From Caecitellus pseudoparvulus (Eukaryota; Protista; Bigyra: Bicosoecida), in the NCBI GenBank assembly GCA_965644315.1, contig CBFFRQ010000088.1:62001-126000 (forward strand): DNA of 64,000 bases. Direction: 5' to 3'. The notes below the pieces were generated by a model that did not search any database, had not been told where the DNA came from, and was given only the letters and a program-made list of their open reading frames with translations. A program made the position numbers and the translations under genes. Positions 45,269-53,655 of this stretch are shown piece after piece; position 1 is the stretch's first letter, and every line of letters begins with the position of its first letter.

Positions 45269-45870
45269 TGCCGACCCCAACGGATGTGCAACGCCTCTGA
45301 AACGCAAGCGACACGTTTGCCTGTACAGCCCTTGAAAAGATGCCCACTGGCGAAGATGGTGTCTCAGAACAAGACTTTCCAGGGGTGCTCGTTGCTCGAA
45401 ATGGAATTCGCAGTTCTCTGTGTTGCAATTGTGCCCAGCATGAGCCAAAGTATGCAGGCTGTGCGAGAGTGGTCCTGCATCAATCCACGGCAGACAAGCC
45501 TCTTTCGCAACCTGTGGCTCAATACCGTCACCCGTGAATCATTGAGAGCTGTGAATAACTAGAGAATAGCTTCGAGGTGCCCTAAGTCAGCATCCTTTTG
45601 TATTTTCGACACGTAATCCCCCGCACGGTGTAAAAGTCAGCATGAGCCGTGTAGGACTGAAAAAACCTGGTAATCTGTCTGTACAACTTTTCCGCAAATC
45701 TTTCCGATGCCACACTGTCAATCTCACTCGTGCAGCAAGCTCCTGTACCACTTTCCAGGCGCCACAGAACTGCCAACAAGCTTCAGCCCAACCCTCTTGA
45801 CTGTGGTGTCCCTGTTGCGAGTGTGTTGGGAGAGAAGCTGACCACAGCCGGCCGCCCTCGCGAGCCAGAC
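45269..45870. promoter_or_regulatory. Divergent intergenic (promoter) region with an AT-rich core and the direct repeat AAGTCAGCAT
   Basis: Lies between the head-to-head Kelch and DUF711 genes. AAGTCAGCAT occurs at 45584-45593 and 45634-45643. Confidence 0.5.
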
Positions 45871-47297
45871 ATGCGGGTGCGCACTGTAAGCGCGTTCGTG
45901 ACTTTGACCAGCTTGGAGGACGTGCCTGCGCTGTTCAAGTCAGCCTGTGAGACGATTCAAGCAGCCAAGGATGCTTTTGAGTCCGCTGGGCTCGAAGTGC
46001 AGACTGTGAGGATCCTCACAAATGCTTTCGAGGTGAGAAGTGCGGTCTTTGCATCGCCACGCCTACGCCTCGGCAGCGCTGCCTCGCCTGCCTGTGCAGG
46101 AGTATCTGCCGGAGATCACAGCAGCATGCCTCATTGATGCAGCACAGCGCATGCAGACGGCGGCAAGCTCCGTCCCCGGCGTGCTCTTAAACGTGGGCCC
46201 TGCCACAACCCCTCACGCAGCCAGCCTCCTCCCGGCGCTGGTGGCGGCGTGTCCCACCGTGACCGCATCGGCCAGCGTACCTGCTGTGGCGGCCAGTGAC
46301 TCCAGCCCAGGCAGTGCATTGGTGCCAGACATGGACATGGCCACCGCTGCAGCGGAAGTCATCGTCGCTCTGAGCCAGGGGACTGCCGGAGGAGAGGGCA
46401 ACTTTAACTTCGCCGCCACCGCCAATGTGAAGCCGGGCATCCCCTTCTTCCCCGCAGGCTTTGCCCCCAGTGCGGCACCCGCACTTGCCGCAGCCAGTGC
46501 GGGCGCCTCGGCGGCTGAGGGCGAATCGGCGCCCACCGCAGTGTCGTGGGCAGTGGGACTGGAAATGCCAGACGTCGTGGTCGGCGCGCTCAGCACTGCC
46601 GCTGAGGAAGCCCGCTCTGACCTGGCAGGCCCCTCGCCCTGGAGGCAAGCCAGCAAGCGCCTCGTCACAGCGCTGGAGAGTGCCTTGCTGGAGGTGCAGG
46701 CCATCGCGACCGGCTTGGTGGCAGGGGCGGTGGGCGCGGAGTTTTCGGGCATCGACGCTAGCATTGCGCCTGCCGTGGACGGGCCTTCTCTCGTGGAGGG
46801 CTTCGAGGCCCTCCTCGGCCCAGGTGGCTTCGGTGGCCCGGGAACCCTCGCCGCGTGCCGACTCCTGACAGGCGCCATCGAAGCCGTTCGTGCGCGGGGG
46901 GCGGTGTCCATCGTTGGCTACTCTGGGCTCATGTGCGTGGGCACCTCTACGGCCCCGGCAGCCCGTTGCTCCGCACAGTTCGCCCCCCCCCCTCCGGCAC
47001 AGGTTGCCTCCTCTCGAGGACACTGGTCTCGCGGCCTGCATGGCTGCCGGGGCTTTCACTGTGGGGGACTTGCTCTCGTACTCGTCTGTGTGCGGGCTGG
47101 GACTGGACACCGTGCCTGTGGCGGGCGATACGCCAGTGCAAGCCATTGCTCTTCGTATTGCAGATATGGTGGCGCTGGCCTACAAGCTGCACAAGCCTCT
47201 CTCGTGCCGCCTGTTCCCAGTTCCTGGTGTGGGGGTGGGTGGAGCCACATCCTTCGCGAATCCGCACATGTGCGACAGCTTGGTCTTGAGCCTCTGA
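45871..47297 (+). CDS. DUF711/UPF0210 family protein. Exons 45871-46032, 46100-46932, 47003-47297.
   Basis: Motifs MRVRTVS, EVQTVRI, NFNFAATAN..PGIPFFPAGF, GIDASIAP, FGGPGTLAA, VGYSGLM|LPPLEDTGLA, YSSVCGLGLDTVPVAGD and KPLSCRLFPVPG. Introns 46033-46099 and 46933-47002. Confidence 0.9.
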
Positions 47298-47459
47298 GCA
47301 ATGCAGGCGACCACCGCAAATACCTGCCCGACACAAGCGCTCCTCCCTGAAAAGTCGTACCCTGTGCAGTGTGTCTCGGAACCTGTGCTCTTGTGTGGTG
47401 TGGCGCTGGGCTGCAAGGCGGCGTCTCAGGGCGACTCTCGACCCAATTTCCGCACCAAC

Positions 47460-50400
47460 ATGCGACTGTCCTTGGTCTTGATTGGACTGGCGGCAGTTGC
47501 TGCCACGCAAGTTTCCCAGCACCGGGCACCATGCCCAGTGACGTCCATCCAGGTCCCTGTTGGGGACGGAGTGCCCCTCCTGTCTTGCGGCCTGGGGCAG
47601 GTCTGGGCCGGGTGGCAAGCTCTGGACCCAGCTGCCAGCTCGCCTGCACTTACTCTTGGCAGCACCCTGTGTCCCAACAGGTCGTTCGTCCCCGTTCCTC
47701 GCCTGCCGAGCATTCCCCAGCGCCCGGTGCACTTGGAACCGATGGGTAACTCGCCGACTGCGAAGGCTGTGTGGTTCAATGAGGACCAACGTGCGCTGAT
47801 GTGGGGAGATGTGGGTAGCCTGGCAGCGCCTGCCTCAGCCTGTGCCCCGTCGCCTGTGGGCTCCACCGGCGACTGGATTGTCAAGAAAGGTCCATACTTG
47901 ATCCACACACATGATTGGCTGGAGGGTGAGGTGGCAGCGGCAGCCCTGGGGCAGGGCGGAGCGATCACTGCCGTCATCGCAGGCACTGTCGGGGCAGTTG
48001 CCTTTGAGAATACCACGGCCCAGCCCCCCGCTGGAGCACCAGCTTCTGGTGGTGGACAGGTGCCACAACGTGATTGGTACAGCGCCACTGCCGCTGTGCA
48101 GGTGCTGCGTGCGTCACCCGGGAGCAGCAACGCCGAGGCCACCTCGCGAGTGCGCCTGACTTGCCCGGGGGAGCCACTGCCTGGCTCCTGCTTGCCAGGT
48201 GCCCGGGATGCCCCTGCTGCCGGTGTGGTGAGGGATGTCGCACTGGTCACGTGCGTCCTCCCGTGTGTCCCTGGTGCGGGCGCCCTGTCCTACACTCGCT
48301 ACACGACTCTTGTGGTGGGCGTGAACCTCACCTCTGGCGCCTTTGCATGGCCGCCCTCTGCTGGGGTTCTCGGCTCCAACAGTGACTCCAAGTTGAGTCT
48401 ACCGTACTTCACTGCAACTCCGCCTGCCATCGTCGGCGACTGGGCCATCGTCGGCACTGCCGCAGCGGACCACTCTGTCTTCGTGGTGGACCCTGTCTCT
48501 GGTGCTGTGGCGAGCCGGTGGAACGGCAGCCTCCCCGCTCTGCAGCCCCCGGCCCACAACCCCAACGCCTGGCAGTCTCAGGCTGTTCCCACCCTGCACT
48601 CGTCATGGGCTGTGCAGGGCAACAGCGCCTACACATACAGCTCGGAAGGCAACATGTTGCGCTTCGACGTGTCGCCAGCCGGGGGCGCCTCCCTGCGTTG
48701 GACCTTTAACATTTTGCAGGCGCCAGAGGGCGGTGTGCCTCAGTGGAGCTACGAGCCTGTGCCGACAGGCAAGGTGTACAACTGGCCAACCCCCGATGCC
48801 GCCAGCGTGCAGTTCCTTGCAGGCCACACCACGTCTGCAGGCACTTGCCGCTACCTCGGGGGCGGGTACACGTGGGACATGTCCAATCTGCGCCTGTCCT
48901 CTGGTCAGCGTCAGGTCATGGGGCGCGTTGGGTGGGCTGGGGGGCGCTTTGTGCGGCAAGGTGAGGCTGTGGTGTTGGCGGAGCTCTGCCCTGCTGGGGG
49001 AGCCTGCAACGTCTCGCAAGTGCTGCGCGTTCCCTGCACCTTCGGCAGTTGTCTCACGGCCCTTGTCGCAGCAGGAGAGGGCCCTGCGCACATTGCACGC
49101 GCTGGTACGCCGCACGCTTTGGTCCACAGCGCCAGCGGGCAGTCACAGTTTCACCCCTTGCCGCCCTGTGGCGCCGACTCGGAAGCTGCAGCGGCCGACG
49201 TATCCCTCCCGGCCTCCATCGGCTTCATCGGCCCTCCCCTTCTCGTGCGTGGCGATGAAGCAGTGGCGCCAGTGCACGTCTCGGACGATGACGCAGCCGA
49301 CCCGCAGCGACTCCTGTACCGCGCCGTGGCGCCCACCTTGTACGATGGGGCCCTCCATGCAGTGGATCGGGTGACGCACTCTGCTCACGGGCCTGGGCAT
49401 GTCTCGCTGAACGCTTCAGCTTGGCGTCCAGCGTGGCGTGTGCAGCCTGACTCGGGGTGTGCCTTCCTGCCAGCGTCGCCAGCCGCCTTGCAGCGAAGGT
49501 TTGTGGCCAGCTACGTGCCTTCCCTCGGAGCCTGCCCTTCTCAGGCACTATTTGGCGTTCCACAAGTGTGCATCAATGCCAGGGACGCACAGGGCCGTGC
49601 GGTTCTGTCTCGCGTTGCTCGCTCGGTGCAGGTGGTGTACGTTTGTGCCGCCGACGGCGCCGTGATGTGGAAGTCTGCGCCAGCCAAGCAGTGGGAAACC
49701 AATGCCGCCCTCAACGCCTACCAGGCAGAGGGAGGGGGGGTTTCATTCCTCCGGGGATGGTACGCGCTGACCAATGCCTCTGCTGAGTGGCACCCGGTGC
49801 AGCCCATCGTGACGACAGAGTTCAGTGCTGGCCGGAACGCCACCTCCCCCAGCAGCAGCGGCGTCGTGCCCCTGACTCTGCTGCTGTCCAATGCCTTTGG
49901 GACCATCGTGGCCTTGAATGGCCTTGCTGGAGCGCCGCTGCTGCCGCCCAGTGCAGCGAAACTTGCCGGGTCAACGTTGCTGTGGAGCAGCCACACGTCT
50001 CAAGCAAGGCATGGCTGGCGCCACGCCCCACCGCCCCGTGTTCTGCAGTGGGGCACAAAGGCGCACGTTGTGTCGCCTGACTCCCAACAACACCAGCCTG
50101 CCTTTGCAACAACGAATGGGCCGGCTCTGCTGCGTGTGGCTGGTTGGCGGGAGGGTGCCCTTCTGGCCGGGCAGGGGGCTGTCACAGGGTACTGGCTGCA
50201 GGGTGCCATGGGTGGGACGTTTCAGCACCATGGAGGGAGGGGGGGCTGGGAGCTGCCCGAAGTGCAGTCGAGCGCCTCAGGCGAGGAGGGTGGCGGCGCG
50301 CCGCAAACATATGGCAGCCACTTGTACAGCTCCTCCTCAGCGTACGCGCGAGCTGCCACTGGCACGACCCACGAGGGCAGCGGCTGGCTGGCGACCAGCA

Positions 50401-53400
50401 CGTCCTACTCAGGACAAGATGACATCGTGGAGCGGGGGGTACCGGGGACCACAGCGCCTTCCGAGGAGCCAGGGAGCGCCGCTGTTGCTGCGGATGTGCA
50501 GGTGGCGTTCTTCGAAGGCATTCCATACGTGGGCATCCTGACCTCTGGCCGGGGGCAAACCACACTCCTCGTGCGCCCTTCAGCCCTCTTCAACAACGCC
50601 AACGCTAGGTACTTGCAAGCAGCACGCATGCGGGAGATGGCGACGATGCGCTTCAGCGAGTGTGTGGGGGGCCCCCGCTCAGCGTCTTTTCTCATGCGCC
50701 CAGACCTGGACCGAACCTTCATCGGCTGCATCGCTGGCGAAGCAGGGCAGGACCTGCTGGTGTCCAGCTTGCACTTTTGGTCAGGCGCTCCGGCGTGGCG
50801 GCTGCGCGTGCCCAGGGCGGGGTACGCCACAGCCACCTTGCGAAATTGCACGTCGCCTCCCTGCCCCGGGCAGGGCTACCCGCCAGGCCTGTCGAATTTG
50901 TTCATACTCAGCAAGTCCGCAAGCCCCGCAGGGTTTGCGACCATCACTGGTGTTGAAGCACTGCGGCGTTTCTCTTCCGAACAAGTTGAAAGTGGTGCCA
51001 GCTCCCTCGCAGATGCAGTGCTGTACGTCATGGCTTCCGATGGCGCAGGGCTCGCAGTGAGTGCAGGCGACTCCAGCATTCAGTGGCTCAGCTCTGCAAG
51101 TCCGGCCTTCGAGCTGGACCCGCCTTCCCCCTTTGCGGCGATGGACAGCAGTGCCCCAGTTGCGAGGGCGGCGCCTGATAGCGCATCAGGGGCAATGGTG
51201 CTGGGCGGCGTCCACACCGGACTTGTGGCTGTGCGAGGGGAGGCAGTGCAGCTAACTTTCTCCCCGGTCGCACCCCTGCCATCCACGGAAGGCCTGTTGA
51301 AGACAGCCACCATCATCGTCATCTGTGTCGCTGTGGTACTGGGAGTGCTCTTCCTGGGTGTGTTTGCCTACGCTGCTTGCCGCCAGCGGTGCTGCGGAGC
51401 AAGCACCACAGCCGCACTGGGCGCGCCGCTGCTGACGCGGAAAGTCGTTGTGGAGCCAAGCGACACTGCAGACAGCGACGACGCTCACGCGGCCTACTTG
51501 CAGTCAGTTGCAGACTACCAGCAGATGCTGTGGGCAGTGGTGCACCCTGCATTCAACATCTACGGTGCTGCTGCAGTCATTTTCAGCTCCCAGGGCGCAG
51601 CAGCAGCTGGAGATGCCGGCACGCTGAGTGCCACATTGAACCGAGCCATCGGATTGAGCTCCGCGTCCGGCGAGGTGCAGGATCCAGAGGCACAGCAGGC
51701 TGCCCTGGCGGACCAGCTGGACACAGTGCTCATCTTGAGTTTTTTCCAGCTGGCGCTGTCTGCCTTTCACTTTGTGGTGCACATTTACTTCTTCTTCATC
51801 GCTCTCAGCGCAGCCATGGCGTATGGCAAGGGCCTGTGTTCCAGGGAGGTTGGCTCGCGCTACCAGCAGCTCAGCCAAGCTAATGGCTCCGTCTCCATCG
51901 GCATGTGGCCCATGGGCATAATCAACACCCTCATCCTGCTCGTTGCGTTCAACCCGCGGGACGCCAACAGCTGGGTGGCCCTTGTCGGTGCGGTCGTTTC
52001 GTGGGCTGGCTCACTCACCGTGCCCGCAGTGGGCCCCGCGCCCGACGCCAGCCAAGCCAGCATCACTGGTGTAAATAGTACCGCAAGCAAGCGCGCATCA
52101 GAAGCACAACGCGCGGCGCGGCAGGACCCCACGGCCGTCGAATCATGCACGCCAGCTTGGCTCTCCTCGAGCGCTGGCTGGTACGTTGGCGCGGTTGTGC
52201 GCGGGTGGGTGGCCTTGATGTTCGTTGCCATATTTGTGCTGTTTCTACCTCTTCTAGGCCTCTTCCTGCAGCTCGTCGCAGAGAACGGACAAGGCGGCCA
52301 CGTCTTTACGCTGCTGGCGTTTGGAGTCCAGGTGCCAGTATGGGTGCAGTTGGGGCAGGCCAACGGCATCGAGCTGCACGACATTGCGAGCGCCTCCAGC
52401 ACTTTGGCTGCCTTGATCAGCACGGCCTGGTCGGTGCTCATCATCCTCTTGCTGCCCACGCTGTACTACGTGTCTATTTTCACTTGGACGCGAAGGATGC
52501 CCGTGTGCTCCACGGTGGTCTGCTCCCCAACTTGCCTCCATGGCACACATCGGGTGATGTGCGGAACAGGTGCTTCGCAGGCAAGTGACGACCAAAAGTG
52601 CTGCTCTTGTCGCGCCCGCTGCGTTCCTAGTCAGCGGATGTGGGACACGTCGCCGTGCTGGGGCTGCATGGGGCTGCCTCCGGTGGCAGCATGGTGGCTT
52701 GCAACGTCAGCGTGGCACTCCCTGGTGGTGGTTCTTGTGACTGTCGCGCTGGCGCTCCGCCTGCCCATCGTGGGCCCATCCGATGACGCCGGCGATTTCG
52801 GACCGACTTTCTCCACTGATGTCTTCGGGGACTTCCTCGGCACTGAGTGGTACAGCGCAGACCTGGCGGGCCCCTTCGCCCCCGATGGCATGGGCGGGCC
52901 GTTTGACCCAGGGCGTGAGAGCCTGTGGCCGGCCGCAAACACTGCTTGGTACTTTACGCTTGTATTGCAGTACATTGTGCTGGCCCCTTTCGCACTGTGC
53001 TTGGCGTACGCAGGCGTGGTGCTGACCTGCGTGCTTGCATTGTTCGTGTACTCGCTTGTGGTCTTGGTGGGCTTCGGCAGCTTACTGTTCTTCGCAAACG
53101 CCATGTGGGTGTACTTGTGCCAGCCAATCATCGCACCGCCTGAGACAGAGGTCGTCATGTCGCCAACCCGCCACGCTGATGCTTCAACCGGGCACTGGAA
53201 GTGCTTGGCACCCTTCCCAGATCCACTCAGATGGTGGGGAGGGGCAATCCCGTACTGTGGCTTATTCCCAGGCATGCAGGCTGTCCTTGAGTGCCTGACG
53301 GGCAGGCGCCCCGATGAGCCCAGCCTTCCGTTGCCCGAGGCAAGGCCTGTCCCCGTATCCATGGAGACCGCCAAGCTGCCCCCAAGCTCACCATCAACCA

Positions 53401-53639
53401 CGAGTTGCGCAAGCCCCACTGAACACAAGCAGGGAGCACCTTTCAGGGCAACTTTCATCCCATCGCAGACTGGCGCCATGGCCGGCCCTGCAGCCTTCCT
53501 AGCCGTGCCCCCCGACGCTGCTCGAACCTTGCAGGAGCTCGGGTACGTGAGGCAAGCCACACGGGCAGCGTCTGATCCGCTGGCCTGGAGGGAGCACGAG
53601 GCATGGGAGGGCGACATGGGTGGTGCCGCACACGCGTGA
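47460..53639 (+). CDS. Large orphan membrane protein of about 2060 aa: signal peptide, PQQ-repeat-like beta-propeller ectodomain and about 10-12 transmembrane helices
   Basis: Signal peptide MRLSLVLIGLAAVAA from the ATG at 47460. Repeats VGVNLTSGAFAW, FVVDPVSG...W, CAADGAVMWKS, HFWSGAPAWRL and AVSAGDSSIQW. Many N-x-S/T sequons. Hydrophobic helices from about 51306 to 53120. Confidence 0.75.
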   Translation: MRLSLVLIGLAAVAATQVSQHRAPCPVTSIQVPVGDGVPLLSCGLGQVWAGWQALDPAASSPALTLGSTLCPNRSFVPVPRLPSIPQRPVHLEPMGNSPTAKAVWFNEDQRALMWGDVGSLAAPASACAPSPVGSTGDWIVKKGPYLIHTHDWLEGEVAAAALGQGGAITAVIAGTVGAVAFENTTAQPPAGAPASGGGQVPQRDWYSATAAVQVLRASPGSSNAEATSRVRLTCPGEPLPGSCLPGARDAPAAGVVRDVALVTCVLPCVPGAGALSYTRYTTLVVGVNLTSGAFAWPPSAGVLGSNSDSKLSLPYFTATPPAIVGDWAIVGTAAADHSVFVVDPVSGAVASRWNGSLPALQPPAHNPNAWQSQAVPTLHSSWAVQGNSAYTYSSEGNMLRFDVSPAGGASLRWTFNILQAPEGGVPQWSYEPVPTGKVYNWPTPDAASVQFLAGHTTSAGTCRYLGGGYTWDMSNLRLSSGQRQVMGRVGWAGGRFVRQGEAVVLAELCPAGGACNVSQVLRVPCTFGSCLTALVAAGEGPAHIARAGTPHALVHSASGQSQFHPLPPCGADSEAAAADVSLPASIGFIGPPLLVRGDEAVAPVHVSDDDAADPQRLLYRAVAPTLYDGALHAVDRVTHSAHGPGHVSLNASAWRPAWRVQPDSGCAFLPASPAALQRRFVASYVPSLGACPSQALFGVPQVCINARDAQGRAVLSRVARSVQVVYVCAADGAVMWKSAPAKQWETNAALNAYQAEGGGVSFLRGWYALTNASAEWHPVQPIVTTEFSAGRNATSPSSSGVVPLTLLLSNAFGTIVALNGLAGAPLLPPSAAKLAGSTLLWSSHTSQARHGWRHAPPPRVLQWGTKAHVVSPDSQQHQPAFATTNGPALLRVAGWREGALLAGQGAVTGYWLQGAMGGTFQHHGGRGGWELPEVQSSASGEEGGGAPQTYGSHLYSSSSAYARAATGTTHEGSGWLATSTSYSGQDDIVERGVPGTTAPSEEPGSAAVAADVQVAFFEGIPYVGILTSGRGQTTLLVRPSALFNNANARYLQAARMREMATMRFSECVGGPRSASFLMRPDLDRTFIGCIAGEAGQDLLVSSLHFWSGAPAWRLRVPRAGYATATLRNCTSPPCPGQGYPPGLSNLFILSKSASPAGFATITGVEALRRFSSEQVESGASSLADAVLYVMASDGAGLAVSAGDSSIQWLSSASPAFELDPPSPFAAMDSSAPVARAAPDSASGAMVLGGVHTGLVAVRGEAVQLTFSPVAPLPSTEGLLKTATIIVICVAVVLGVLFLGVFAYAACRQRCCGASTTAALGAPLLTRKVVVEPSDTADSDDAHAAYLQSVADYQQMLWAVVHPAFNIYGAAAVIFSSQGAAAAGDAGTLSATLNRAIGLSSASGEVQDPEAQQAALADQLDTVLILSFFQLALSAFHFVVHIYFFFIALSAAMAYGKGLCSREVGSRYQQLSQANGSVSIGMWPMGIINTLILLVAFNPRDANSWVALVGAVVSWAGSLTVPAVGPAPDASQASITGVNSTASKRASEAQRAARQDPTAVESCTPAWLSSSAGWYVGAVVRGWVALMFVAIFVLFLPLLGLFLQLVAENGQGGHVFTLLAFGVQVPVWVQLGQANGIELHDIASASSTLAALISTAWSVLIILLLPTLYYVSIFTWTRRMPVCSTVVCSPTCLHGTHRVMCGTGASQASDDQKCCSCRARCVPSQRMWDTSPCWGCMGLPPVAAWWLATSAWHSLVVVLVTVALALRLPIVGPSDDAGDFGPTFSTDVFGDFLGTEWYSADLAGPFAPDGMGGPFDPGRESLWPAANTAWYFTLVLQYIVLAPFALCLAYAGVVLTCVLALFVYSLVVLVGFGSLLFFANAMWVYLCQPIIAPPETEVVMSPTRHADASTGHWKCLAPFPDPLRWWGGAIPYCGLFPGMQAVLECLTGRRPDEPSLPLPEARPVPVSMETAKLPPSSPSTTSCASPTEHKQGAPFRATFIPSQTGAMAGPAAFLAVPPDAARTLQELGYVRQATRAASDPLAWREHEAWEGDMGGAAHA

Positions 53640-53655
53640 GGTGTCGCCTCTACCC

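Noticed and set aside
45625-45645. GACTTTTAC on the minus strand resembles U5 snRNA loop 1 (GCCUUUUAC)
   Set aside because: There is a mismatch in the invariant loop, no flanking stem and no Sm site.
47295-47459. The DUF711 stop (TGA) is in frame with the downstream 2112-aa ORF, suggesting readthrough or a selenocysteine fusion
   Set aside because: The ATG at 47301 is part of the AATGCA 3' motif. The downstream protein has its own signal peptide from 47460, the stop context is not the leaky TGA-CT type, and I saw no SECIS.
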